Positions 44,701-59,820 of a stretch of DNA of 64,000 nucleotides are shown here, piece after piece; positions within the stretch are counted from its first letter, which is position 1; each line of letters opens with the position of its first letter. The stretch comes from Tubiluchus corallicola (Eukaryota > Animalia > Priapulida): positions 336,599 to 400,598 of the forward strand of contig JAQGDQ010000202.1 in assembly GCA_030141605.1 (NCBI GenBank), read 5' to 3'. Under the pieces are notes generated by a model, which saw only the letters and a list, made by a program, of their open reading frames with translations, was not told the origin of the DNA and searched no databases. The position numbers and the translations under genes were made by a program.

Positions 44701-47700
44701 AGTATACTTAAACTTACCCCAACCTGTATTAAGTCAAGTTAACATAGTAGCCCTCTAAGTGCCATGTTAGCTCCAGGAGTCTCAATGTTGAGGATATCCT
44801 GAGGCCCACGTAATTAGGCATGATCTATTATTATGTCATGTAGTAAAGTAAACACTTATCATATCATGTACTAATCTCTCCTACTAAAACGTAACTAGGT
44901 CGTTTAACATTTTATAGTACTGTAGGCCGATGAACCTTTTAATACTAATGTAATTTAATAATACATGTAATCATTATAAATATGGTAAAGTAAAATCTTG
45001 GCAATAATTTTGCGCATATTTTAATCAACTGTTTTTGGTTTTTTCAATTAATCGATACAAACAAGCAGAAAGACGCACTACTAACAATTTCACATTTACT
45101 TTGTGTCTGCAACTTAGATCAGGTATTTGAAGTGAGGGCAAAATTTAAGCACCAATATAGCTCCCAATTAAAGTTCCAGACAGTTACCATATGTGTACTA
45201 GATTTATGCATGTAAGTTTTAGTCAAATATAAATTTGTTAAGCAGGGATATGTAAAAATCTACGTCCAATTCCACAATTCATCACTTACCCTATGATGAC
45301 ACTTTGTGCATACTAACTGGCTGGCTAGTAAACCACGAAATGGTAACTGACACTGACGACGGCTGAGTTTGGGCAGCTGTGTGCGTGTCTTAGTTGCTCC
45401 AATACCTTCTTCTAACTGATACAAAGCATCCTGAAGATTTAAATCATCATTAAAACTTTATTTTCTTATCAATTCTCTCAAATCTGAAACTAGACAGTGA
45501 CGAAAAACATTATATCACGTATACTGAAAATGTTACTGGAAACCAAAGTGCAAGAAATGATTTTACTTTAAATTTATTAGGCATTAGTAATGTATCATTG
45601 AATTTTTTCCAGAACTAGTTACTACAGTCACTAGGAGCCTAGTCACATTGTTTTTATAAAGTTCTATATATGATGAATCCAGTTTTCCAAATAGTTAGAA
45701 ACAAATACATATTAATAGAGATGTAGAAATTCAAATTTGCTCCGCATGCTAAGAGTTTTCACCATTAATATTATAAGTCACTAGAACAGAGAGCTGTGTG
45801 CTAAAGTGGTGATAACTGCTTTTAGTGAATGAGGCCAAACTATTCCTGTAGCAACAGGCAATTAGAGAAAGCTGGATTTGAAAAAGAGCCCTCTTTCACA
45901 TATATTCGTCTGTTCTTAGAAATGTATAAAATTTTTGTTCTTTTTCAAACTCTCAATAAAATAGTCATATTAGATGAAATGGATGTTTGTCGAAAATCAG
46001 AAAAGTACTAAATTTCAAATATAAAATTGACTGAAACAGTCTGGAAAGTTTACAATGTACTACTAAGACAGAAGAATGATTTCATTTTAAATCTTTGTTA
46101 ATGCTACTGGTGCTCAAATTCTATGACATGTATAATTACTGTGAACTGATAAATCTTTCTGTCTGGGCTGTAGGTCAGGTGCATATTTGCACTGTTGTTG
46201 TTCTTGTTCTTGTTGTACAAAGTCACAAAATTCCGTAATGAATGATCGAAACACGATATAATCTTGTAAGTACATTGGAGGAACCATGGATACAGTAATG
46301 TAGAGTTTTCTCTATTTTTTAGGGGGATGTTTAGGGGCATCCCTAAATATTTCAAAGCGCTACTCTTCTGCCATTTTTTCCTGAAACTGAATGCATGCAT
46401 AGGTAAAAAAGAGCACGTAATGGAGAAAGAATTTCTCGCATAGAAAGTTTGGAGAAGGTAAGAGTCAGTGCAATGATAGAAGGGTGACTGTTTTTTTAGA
46501 TATTTTCTTTAAAATCTGGAAGCACACTAATAATTTAACTAGTGTAACTGACGTCTTACTTATAAAATCAAACATATTTGCTTACCTGCAGTAAATGTAA
46601 ATCAAATAGGGGAATTACAGCTGGTTGTTCTAGCATGGATTCCTCCTCCAACACTGTTGTAAGGACGTGAAAGAGCTCGTGTGCATCCTACGCACAATGG
46701 GTAAAATTTAAAATTGCAAAGTTGAATAAGTCAGCGCACTTGCCAAGAATGTATAGGCCTTGAATTCGAATACTAGTGAAAGAACAAAATGCTGGTTCTG
46801 GCTTATAATGTATTGGTTCTTAAAATAATGATGGTTTTCAAAATCATGAACAAAAGCTAAATTTGGTTTATAGCAAAATGGCGATAACATCAAAATACAG
46901 CTCATCATTAACATGAGAATAAAAATTTTCAACATTTCTTCATTTTATGTTTTCTATGCAAAATACTACGTAAATGCTGTGCGCATTCAAAATGATAATT
47001 GAGTTTTTTTACAGTTTTTCTGGAGAAAACAAAAACTTGCAATGGATGTTGTACACAGCATACTATATGGTATAGTCTAGTGGTAACACGTCTGCTTACA
47101 GTCTGGGAGGTCATGAGTTCGATACTGCAGCCGGGTCATACCAAAGACCTTAAAAATGGTATCTGCTGTTGCCCTGCCTGGCGTGTGGTATTTAGAGTAA
47201 AAGCGGGGTAACAATAATCTCTGTAATATAGGTCTAGAATTGTTATTTACAGTCAGTAAAAAGCTCTTTGAGCTAATGTTAACTGTTTATCCTAAAAGTC
47301 GACTGTATAAAGTCGAATTAAATAAAGATTATAATTCTTATAATTATCATTATTAATGGATGGTAACAGAGTGATATAACATCAAAATGTTATGAATGAA
47401 TCTCTGTGAAGAGTTAAGAATGAATAAGCAGCCTACTAGAGAGGATGCGAATACCTGAGAAATTGAAACATGTGCAAGCACTTACCTGAAATCACTGTAC
47501 AATGAAACTGAAGTACTACTAAAATCTAATACTTTTAATATTAGCATTGTTAAGAGTTATAATATTACACGCTAGTTTTAAATGCAAGTTGTACCTGCTC
47601 GTCATGTTGTACAACCCAGCCACGCAGTCTAAGTGCTGAAATAATCTCTGTAGGCTCAATGTATGGAGCACTCAATTCTGCACCAGCATTGTTCAACACT

Positions 47701-50700
47701 GGAAAGACAAATATATCAGAACACATTGTGTAAAAAGTGAGTATAAAAAAATTAGAATATTTAAATAATACAACGGGCCGAAATTTACATTTTACCACAT
47801 TACTATATTTTCTAGTTTACACATAAACAAACGTTTCTAAACAGCAAAAGATTATAAAGATCTTACATTTAAGTATTTTAACCAGACTGAAAGCAAACAA
47901 TCTTTCATAATCATTATTTATCTGTGAATCAATGAAGTCTCCCAGCGACCGTACAATCGAAGGACAGCTTGCGATTGACTGTAGAACTGCATTGATGAAG
48001 CAGGTGTTACCAAGGTTTGCGAGACCCGGTATATCTGTGAAGAGAAACAGTCTTTAACCATTTGAGATAATAAAACGATTCATAAGAATCAGAACCAGAA
48101 TTGTCCATAAGTCATTTATTAAGTTCTGTTAGCTTATTTTTACTTTACCTTACTTTGATTATATAAGGTCTTAGACATATGCAACGTTCTTGACATCTCT
48201 ATTAGTGATAAAATCATAACATTCTGTGTACAGCTGGAGGAAGGATATAGGCTTGTTTTGATAACAAAATTTTCTCTAATAGTGATCCAACCTGACCTTG
48301 AACGTATTAAGTGATGGGACAGTGACAACATGATCTGACAATGAATTACGTAGATTGACAATCCTCAAAGAGAAATAATATTGCCTAACAGATGTCCTAC
48401 AGTGTGGTTTTTTAATTTCTTGCTATGCCCTCTAGTCCTGCTCATGCCATCAACTTCAAAGGCAACTGGGATGTTGTACACATCTTGGATAAACTTGTAG
48501 CATTCTACCATCATCTCTTGCTCTTCTATAATGTAGGGATGGTAATTTAATGGCTGCCAAGCAATCTTCATAGTCCAGCTCTTTTAGTACAGGAAACATT
48601 CTTGTAGCTTTTGACTCAAGCTGAAGTGGCGTAGAGCTGGTTTTGTTCCTTTGGCTGCCGGTGTGTTAGCCAAATTGGTTGCCACTTTCCTCAAACGTAA
48701 CATGCCTTAAAATTCAATACTTAGCCACAATTTTATTTGGCATCTAAAGGTCCACATCTTCACACAGTAGGAGTACTATATGGCAGAAAAGTCTTAACCA
48801 CAAAAAATTTCAGGTGAACACAGGACCTATGCTAGAAGTACGCCTGTACAATACATGTCATAATTACATATTGCACAAATTTAATATTACGCACATCACA
48901 ATATTACACAACATTTCACACACCACTAACAAAAAAGTAAACTGATCAGGCTTACAGCATCAGCACTTATACATACTTACCTCTTCTTCTCATTTTCTTC
49001 ATAGAAGGACCCCATAAGACATAAATACCGGCAGCAAGAGCAGCTCCACATCCGCCTAGGATAGCAATTTTATGAGTCTCCATAATTTTACAGCCAAACA
49101 ATCCTCCAGTAATCTTAATAACAAACAGAAACATATCATAAATATTCATAAGTGTTGTAGTGAAGACATAAGTATAAAGATACATAAGGATACATATGAT
49201 ATAATATGGTACAACATATCCTAACATCCTTTTAATTTAGCTAACTATTAACATGGTTGGGCATTAATAAAAATTACAGAATAGTTTATACAAAATATAA
49301 ACAATGAAGGATCAAAAACGTATTAATTTCAATTCGCCAATTGAACTGAAAAGGTTAGGTGTTAAAATATTTAAACACCAGACATAATCTAAATTAGTTG
49401 AAATAACATCTTTATTTTGGATGATAAATGCCAACTGGAACAGGAAGCTATATGTTTCTACGAAAGCTGAAAAGGCCCATAACAGGTGTTAACTTGCAGG
49501 ACTGAATTTATGCATCTTTAGTTTGTTGTACTCAAATCTCAGTCATTTGCAAAAAAAACCTGATTCTGATAGAGTCAGCATTTATCTTAATTACGTTACA
49601 GAAGTAATGTATAGTAAAGTACTGTTGTTGTACTAGTCTAGTCCCATTTTCAGAAAGTGGAACTATATAGAGGCATTTTTTTCTAAAAGTGGGCAACATA
49701 GCCAGTCTTATCAATTTGACTAGGCTGAATACGAAAAACACTGTTGCCAGCTTGAAAAATTAGCGGAGAGGGGATTAAAAATGTGAAAAAACAAAATGGC
49801 CACCAAGTTTTTGCACAAACAATTTAAATTAAGAGAAATTTTCACAAAATTAACTATAAGAAGCCAATATGACATCTATTTCGAGACAGTTGGACCTGGC
49901 GAGCCCATTTCTGCCATTTTTGTTTCAAAAATGACTACCATTTTGAAAAAGGCCACCACGCAATAACGACATAATGCCAATTATGCAGTTACATTAACCT
50001 TTTCATCATATGATTTATTATACAAAAAAAACAGTTAACTGATCTTTTTGAATCCAGAAGGCTGCCACAAAATAATGCAAAGCGAGTCAAACAGCCCAAT
50101 CAGTAAAAAACAAAATGGTCAATGGGATCCCTACATAATTATCTAGCAGAATAGTGAAAATACTATTCTAGTAATCTGCCTGTAAAATGCTACTTAATTT
50201 CTTGATTCGAAGTTATAAATTGCTACTTATTGAAACAATTGATAACTATTTTACAAGTTACAATAGATGTGACGGCTATTCGTTTAAATAAGCTTGATAA
50301 CGAAAAAACTAAATTATGTTAAGTCAGGTTGGTAGCAAAGAAACCAGTCAACTGTCAGTTTGACATTTCTTATATTTGTCAATGAAATTGCACTAAACAG
50401 CATTTCAGAGAGCTTATAACAATCTCAATCTGGTACAACTGCAAAGACTTATATTGCCAATGATACACAAATAGTTGATACTTTTTACTAGCCTTATACT
50501 TTATGGAATATAAATAACCTTTATGGTTGTTGTGCACAAGTGTTTTTGTAAACACTGTTTACCTCCAAAGTGATATCAATATACCGAACTCAGGATACTA
50601 AACCATTATCAAAATTAAGGTATAGCACATGTCCAGCTATAATTTGTGATATTAGTTTTGTGACATCTGACCAGTTCAGTTTCAGTCGCTTCAAATTTTT

Positions 50701-52088
50701 CGCCACTGTTGCAACTTGTTGGTAAAATGCACATGTAATGAAAAATGACTGATGACAGACATTAATGTAAAATAAAAAACCCTTTATAATTATCATCATT
50801 ATTATTATTGTTATTATTATTATTATTAGCAGCAGCAGCGATAGTAGATTACTATTTCTTCTGATCAGAAAAACATAAAACTAGATCTCCTTTCAGTCAT
50901 TAGAAGAAATAAAGCATCAAGTTAATTCATAGATTATTGCATAGCGACAGCTAACAAGTTAATATATAGAATAGTTTTTATTGTTATACCTATATGCTTC
51001 TGATGTACAACTGATATAAAACTAGATCTACAAAATGAAACACCTTTTTTGGAAACTGGTTGGCGAGTACTAAAGGTCAATGCTCACTTAAAATTAATGT
51101 AAGAGCACTATGGCTTCAGTTGTGCCAACACACCCCCCATATTGGTTACATGCTACTTGTGATGTAGGCATTATTACGTAACTGTTAGCCTCCGCCCAAT
51201 CTGGGCTTTCCTGTTGTAAGTCAGCTGCAACATTACCACCTTAAGCTGAGTCTGTTACTATGAAACTTCTTTACTGTTTTCAATAAAATCGTTTATTTTG
51301 GCAAAACCTGTGCATTCTAGTGTTTACTGTTAGTGACTTTACATAAATTGAAAGGAGTCAAATTGGAAAACTCTCTTTCATCTGATCTTACAAAAAGCAC
51401 ACTGTATTCATTTAAAAAAACATAAAAACACTTGGTGGCTACATATAACAATTAAAGTCTTTATTTTGCTTCGCACTTGCTGATGCGAATTAAGCTATTG
51501 ATCTAACTATATTTTTATCTTTATTTTTTAAAATTCTCTGTTTTGTAGATTCTGCTCGCTAGCTATGCCGTAAAATAATCTTCTCTAATGCAAATTACTG
51601 TTTGACTTATATCTCAGGAAAATGGTTTACTTTATAGTTTGTATGATACTTGCTTGCGAAGTCTAAGAGACCTAACCACAACACGGTTATTGCCGGTCTG
51701 TCCTCAACAATTTGCGAAATTGAGGCAGATTTGATGCGTCAACTGTTTCACCACTAAGTGAATGCCAAGGGCCCACAAAACGAGAAGAGAAGAAATGAGC
51801 TCTAATATTAGTGCGAGAGTATTGTACAAATAATTTAGAATTGTGTCCACGTAAATCACGTAGTGATCTAGAAAAAAATTTGTCACTACGCAAATTTGGT
51901 TACAAAATCAATTTACACACAGTAATTTATTTCATGCATGAAATTTATTTTGTTTTTCAATGGAATTATATAATTAATTAATTTAGGAGAGTAAACTAAC
52001 AAAGAATAGCTGCACAATATTGTTCTTACGACGTTGCACTAAGGACGCGTGGATGGAGCAATAGACATAAATCAGGGTTACTCACCAT
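38789..52088 (-). CDS. USP30: Ubiquitin carboxyl-terminal hydrolase 30 (mitochondrial outer-membrane USP); coding exons 52086-52088 (ATG only, inferred), 48981-49113 (alternative ATG at 49083), 47867-48034, 47595-47698, 46586-46687, 45290-45430, 43713-43772, 43308-43511, 41661-41857, 39991-40107, 38789-38921
   Basis: N-terminal TM anchor IAILGGCGAALAAGIYVLWGP followed by basic KKMRRR, as in USP30. Cys box PGLANLGNTCFINAVLQ; EQ|DAHELF; PFRGLLASQLVCTKC; PVHYDTFSSLSL; VKDVSCENC; GK|LPKVLCLHLQR; His box YQLRAVIVHYGGVFSGHFVAYRR; WYCTSD (Ser as third triad residue, typical of USP30); AYMLFYE. All junctions are GT-AG and phase-compatible. Confidence 0.95.
39317..39681. mobile_element. hAT-type MITE with an 8-bp TSD, in the last USP30 intron
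   Basis: TIRs cagggctggattat and ataatgaggccctg (11/14 match); flanks ggtatgga (39309-39316) and ggtgtgga (39682-39689), a 7/8 TSD match. Confidence 0.8.
40670..40745 (-). mobile_element. tRNA-derived SINE head or tRNA pseudogene
   Basis: Minus strand ggctggcagctcagttgacagaacattggagtagtaatcccaggcctcggattcaaatcccaactagtcc: A and B boxes present, cloverleaf imperfect. Confidence 0.55.
41960..42760 (-). mobile_element. Degraded RTE-like LINE reverse transcriptase fragment
   Basis: Q(C)GDDIAW (YADD-like), LKINDTKIE, WKNCKYLGSLLSTEADILCRK, FGNKNLTTETKL..LVEPVFLYNSKLWTV and KKPRGGQL..YLDVLKKDL, across frameshifts. Confidence 0.85.
47060..47345 (+). mobile_element. Near full-length tRNA-derived SINE, family A
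   Basis: A box tagtctagtgg, B box gagttcgatac, central ccgggtcataccaaagaccttaaaaatggta...gccctgcctggcgt, tail aaaagctct...gtcgaattaaataaag followed by degenerate (ATT)n. Confidence 0.8.
48100..48620 (-). mobile_element. CR1-type LINE 3' remnant
   Basis: MVECYKFIQ...Y...RTRGHSKKL motif of the CR1 ORF2 C-terminus, with frameshifts. Confidence 0.75.
51690..51895 (-). mobile_element. CR1-type LINE 3' remnant
   Basis: LRGHNSKLFVQYSRTNIRAHFFSSRFVGPWHSLSGETVDASNLPQFRKLL matches the CR1 C-terminal pattern RGH..KL...R..FFS.R.V..WN.L. Confidence 0.8.
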
Positions 52089-52340
52089 GAAGGTAAGTGG
52101 CAGATTGTTCTAGTCATAATAACTCTGCTTTCATATAGATGCGATCAAGTGTTACTAATCTTTAAACTATCTCTAGCGCAAAAAGCGCATTATGCTTAGA
52201 TTTTGGCTGAATGTTCGCGTCACACAATTAAACTTAACATAGGCGGCTGCCATTTCACCAATCAAGGCAGTCCATTTTCGCTTTATTTCGCGTACTTTGG
52301 GCGCACCGCAAAGATAGTCACCACTTGACCGCAGCTTCTT
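52086..52340 (-). promoter_or_regulatory. USP30 first exon and promoter region
   Basis: Minus-strand donor ATG|gtgagt at 52086/52085; CpG-richer patch with a YY1-like aaatggcagccgcc (about 52242-52255) and ccaat (52258-52262). Confidence 0.55.
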
Positions 52341-53503
52341 GATGTGTGAAGTCACTATCATTAACCAGAACGATGGTGCTTTTTCAAATTTGAATCTAGT
52401 AGTGAAGGTGATTAGTCACTGGCGCATCACGTATCTGTCTTAACAGGAAATAAGATAATTGTCTTTCTAATTTGTCGGTATGGTTGTACTCAAAAAACAC
52501 TACAATACTTAATTCATTCGTTACTTTAACAATGCAAAATTCAAATAAACTATACTCTGCATGTAGGTCTAGCTTATTTATATTTGATACTGAGTAATAA
52601 TTATGTACAAATTTAAGTAACAAGTTATTAAGTCAGGGTGTAGCAAGACTTTATCTAAAAAGAGAAAAATCTTAAATTGGCAAGTATATGATAAATATAT
52701 ACATTGGAACAAATAATCAGAATGATTATTAGACTTACATAATAATCATATTAGTTTTTACATGTAGGAAAGAAATACTAACACTGTAATACTACTACTA
52801 ATAATAATTGTAATAATAATAATAGTAATAACAATAACAACAATTATAGAAATAGTTTACACGAAAATACTTATTAATGTCTCATATGTTCAGTCATCAA
52901 AAAGTCCTGCCATTTATGTGCAACAGCTGATGCAAAATCTGTTCATTGTCACTTAGAAAAGGTTCTTCAACAATAATCTATGTACATAGTGGCACTGAAG
53001 TTATGTAACAATTAATGCTACATTATTATTACGTAATTATGCTAGAATTAATGGTACATTATATTTTACATTAATGCTACATTACAAATACAAATTACAT
53101 TGCGTAATTATTAAGCAAACTAGGTGGCTGGTGTTATTCATTGTCAAGGTGACAGCCACTCAGCTTTATAAGCTACAGTAGAGTACTAGAGTATTGCCCA
53201 TTTTTCAAAGTGCATCTACAGTACTGGTGTACTGTTTTCATGTAGAAAGTCTGTGTAAAACGCAATAATTAATTCAAGCTTTCGGATTTTAAAAACCTTT
53301 TGTTACCGGGCTGAAATTCAAATTGACGGTTGAAACATAAGAAAGCTAACTACACAAATAAGCAATGAACACAAATCAAGAGACATAAACGAAAATTCTT
53401 AATAAGTTTTTCTGTTTTTTGGGAGGAGTTTTACACAGACTCTGAGTACTTTTTTTACTGAAAGCGTTAGATAATGGCACTAACTGTAACAGCTAAAGAC
53501 ATC

Positions 53504-55961
<2,458 letters not shown>

Positions 55962-56019
55962 GTTGACTGAACTTTCGACAAAGACGTATTCGATGAACAT
56001 ACAAAAGCACATAGCGCTC

Positions 56020-56032
56020 CACTTATATAAGG
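56020..56032 (-). promoter_or_regulatory. TATA box of the Reeler gene
   Basis: cttatataag about 65 bp upstream of the ATG at 55961. Confidence 0.55.
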
Positions 56033-56379
56033 CCGGGTTGACAATAGCAACTGTCATTGTAGCATCCGTCGAGCACATTGGCTTTGTTCCAAATGCAAGG
56101 TCAATTTTCTTAAAAACAAAAGAATGTTCGGACGATGCACATAGGCAGGCCGTAAACTGCAAATAAATACTGCCAAGGTGTCGATAGTTAAATCCATTTT
56201 TGTTGAAAAGTAGGTCTGTGATTAATTAATGGGTTCATATTTTACCTTGGAAGGGCCCAAGAACGAATCAGTTGTCGCTTGTCTATTGTTTTCATACACA
56301 CTATTGAATGAACTATTTGGTCACGTAGGCACACATCTGCTTATAATAGTTTGCAATATGTACTGTTTGTAGTGTAAAC

Positions 56380-56540
56380 CATGTATTTCCAATACTGGAC
56401 GACAATATTGGTCCAATGTTGTACTAATATTGGACAAAAATATCCTATATTGTACTAGTATGGTGACAATATTTTCTGAACGTCAAGATCCTGACGAGAT
56501 CATGGCTACATGGTGACAATACTGTGTGTTGCCTGGGTTG
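56380..56540. mobile_element. End of a possible DNA transposon with subterminal repeats
   Basis: Repeated caatattg / tgtacta units ending in gtgttgcctggg (reverse complement cccaggcaacac, a CCCAG-type TIR); the other end was not found. Confidence 0.35.
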
Positions 56541-57654
56541 GTGGACTGAACAAACTGTTCCCAAAATGAAAGCGAGCATGGTACCATTGAGTGTTGCTGT
56601 GGTCTACCATTATTATAAAACACTCGTTGTACCTCATCTATGTACTTATCATTCAAGAAAACGTGCATTTGTCCACACATAGTAGTTGAGTAGTGGGATG
56701 AACCAAAGTTAAATTTTGCCTAAAATTAAGACAATTCTCCAAGGAGGCAACCTGTTGAGCCTAAAGCATCTGGGTATAGTTCTGTAAGTTTTTTCTCCAA
56801 AATACACGGATACCAAACAAACTCTAGCTAGCTAAACCAAAGCGCAACTGTAAATATGGCGCTTGGCAATTTTAAAAGGTTAAATTTCAAAGTCGTTACT
56901 AACTTGCCTCAAAGCTAAGAGTGAATGGAAATGAATAACTTTGTCTGACAGTCATTAGGAAAAAATGAGAACAACTGCTATTGTTCTGCTAGTAAATAAC
57001 TATTTAAACTTATTTGTTAAATTCACTATAACTTGGCATTAGACGCCTTAAAGAAATTTTCACTCAGTCTTTAACTTTCTGCGTTATGTCGAAATTGTTG
57101 TAAAGACATTAAGAAATATGTAATTTGAAAAAAATATTCGTCGAATAAAGAACCAAAGAAGCAAAAAAGTTGTCATTGGTATTACGCAGATCTACGCCGG
57201 TAAATATTTTAATTCCAACCTTATAATGTGGTACAGAACAATTAATTAATTTGATTATGATTTTCATTTATTAAAATCCAAAACGTTTCGACTGCCTCTG
57301 CAATGTTCATCAGTTTGAATCTGTACTTGAAAATACCACGCATTAAATCTCTTATTTACTGCATACGTAATACCAAATGCGACCGTTAGATGTCGCCATG
57401 AAGTCATTAAGAGGTATACTGCTGTATGTCTCCCCAAAGCTACTTTTGCTTACGCGAGATGTCATTACAATACTCCTTTTAAATAATTAAGTAATGTCTG
57501 TGCTGGTTACTCTTACATACTTTACAGGACTACATTATTTACAACAGTTTTTCATTAATTTCAGGCCGAATGGAAACGATTTATTTATTTTTTTTAATTA
57601 GAATATATTTAGTTAAATACAGAATGCGTCGTATTCGGCAGTGTGTTTTTGCTA

Positions 57655-58735
57655 AATGAATGAATGAATGAATGAATGAATGAAGCGATGAATGAATAAA
57701 CGAATGAACAGAAGATTGAATGATTAAATGAGTGTATGAATAGGTGAATGAATGAATGAATGAATGAATGAATGAATGAATGAATGAATGAATGAATGAA
57801 TGAATGAATGAATGAATGAATGAATGAATGAATGAATGAAGGAATGAATGAATGAATGAATGGATGAACCGATGAATGAATAAACGAATGAACAGAAGAT
57901 TAAATGATTAAATGAATGTGTGAATAGGTGAATGAATAGGTGACTGAATGGGGCAGAGTTGAAAAGAGTAAAGACCTTTAAGTATCTGGGTTCAATGACA
58001 GACGAGACTGCAGGAATGGAAAAGGAGGTGAATTTCAGGATTCAGTGTGGTTGGAATAACTGGCGAAAAGTTTCAGGGGTGATATGCGATAAGAGGATTC
58101 CAGCGAGACTTAAGGGTAAAGTTCACAAAGCAGTGGTCAGACCCGCCCTAATATATGGGCTGGAAGCAGCACCTCTAAAGAAGACCGAGGAGAAGAAAAT
58201 GGATGTGGCGGAGATGAGGATGTTGAGATGGATGGTGGGAGTAACAAGAAGGGACAAAATCAGGAATAGTAATATTAGAGGAACAGTGAAAGTAGTGGAA
58301 GCCTCGAAAAAGATACAAGAGGCAAGATTGCGATGGTATGGGCACCTGAGAAGAAGAGTCGGGGAAGATCACGTGGGAAGGGAGGTCATGGAAATGGAAG
58401 TGCTGGGAAATAGAAGAAGAGGACGACCCAAGCTGAGATGGTTCGAATGTATTAACGGAGACCTTAGAGAGAAGAACATAAATGTAGAGATGGTTAACAA
58501 CAGGAATGCATGGAGACGACTTATTCACAATGGCGACCCCGCATAGGGAAAAGCTGAGAAGAAGAAGAAGAAGTGAATAGGTGAATGAATGGATTAATGA
58601 ATGAATGAATGAATGAATGAATGAATGAATGAATGAATGAATGAATGAATGAATGAATGAATGAATGAATGAATGAATGAATGAATGAATGAATGAATGA
58701 ATGAATGAATGAATGAATGAATAAGTGAGTGAATG
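57655..58735. repeat. (GAAT)n microsatellite array interrupted by an RTE insertion
   Basis: Directly visible; includes a duplicated non-microsatellite unit of about 70 bp (57682-57750 and 57866-57937). Confidence 0.95.
57944..58573 (+). mobile_element. Young 5'-truncated RTE-clade LINE with an intact reading frame, (GAA)n tail and TSD
   Basis: LNGAELKRVKTFKYLGS...WNNWRKVSGVICDKRIPARLKGKVHKAVVRPALIYGLE...EMRMLRWMVGVTRRDKIRN...RLRWYGHL...RRRGRPKLRW...DP*, uninterrupted; tail gaagaagaagaag; tgaataggtga on both sides (57933-57943 and 58574-58584). Confidence 0.93.
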
Positions 58736-59646
58736 AGTGAATTATATAACCCTCAGTAGCAGCCCTCTGGGTTGTACTATCCCTCGAGATCAAACATTTC
58801 AGTTGCTCAACAGCAAGTGTATATACAGACCGCAGATTGCAGATGTTACTGTCAAGATTTTAATTAAGTAAAAATTCGACTAAAAACAGTTTGCGGTGTC
58901 ATTGATGTAAATAGCATTAATTTAAGTTAAACATAATTTTCAGCATCAACAACATAACTGACAATGGTATAAAAAACAACATATAAAATCGATAAAATTA
59001 TAACAACTTATAAATTATGAATATTATAACCTATTTAATCTCTACTGTTTTTTTTACTGTTTCAATACGAGGATTATACGGTTTATACTCAAGTGTTGGC
59101 ATGTTTTTGTGTGACGTTTGATTCTTTATATATCGTATAATGTACTGTGTTGTTCGTTAGTAAACTTATTATTTAATATTAAAAAACTGTGTAAACTACA
59201 GAAAACTGACACTGTCAAAGAAATAGATGAAGAGCTACTATAAGTGAGCAATATTGTTATTTTATTTATTGAATTTCTCTGTGGTTCTCACATTCAAATA
59301 GTGGACATATATAAAAAGATGAAATACATTATAAAAACTATGATAAGATTATGTGCATATTTATGAGAAGAGGATTCACTTGTAGGTAAAAATTTATTTA
59401 AAATAGATTAATAATAAACAAGGAAATTTTTTGACATATGACATACAGTTGCTTGCCATAAAACTCCTGTATGCATTGGTTTCGTACAAATATTTAATCA
59501 CAGCAATTAATTTTCACAGTTTTTTGCACACTCTTTAAAAAATTACGAATGACTAATGATGGGACTGATTTTTTAGTTGAGTTACAAATTATTAAATCCT
59601 ATTTATATACTAAGTTCCACACATCCTTCTAAAACTTAGTATTTTA

Positions 59647-59820
59647 CATATGATGATACTTCACATATATAATGATTTACAATATGTTTTGTTCATAGGC
59701 CCATATGATGATATTGTACATATATAATGATTTACAATATGTTTTATTCATAGGTGTATATGATGATATTGTACATATGTAATGATTTACAATATGCTTT
59801 ATACAATGATTTACAATATT
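59647..59820. repeat. Tandem repeat, unit about 55 bp, about 3 copies
   Basis: atatgatgatattgtacatatataatgatttacaatatgttttattcatagg repeated. Confidence 0.85.

Noticed and set aside
43512-45289. Apparent loss of the USP30 PV.YD.F.SLSL segment
   Set aside because: Found as a 60-bp exon at 43713-43772; the gene is intact.
46104-46400. 98-aa ORF containing LKYLG
   Set aside because: At most a retroelement scrap in a USP30 intron; not enough motif support to call.
55962-56162. N-terminal extension of the Reeler ORF given in the ORF track
   Set aside because: The TATA box near 56025 and the signal peptide starting at the ATG at 55961 place the true start downstream.
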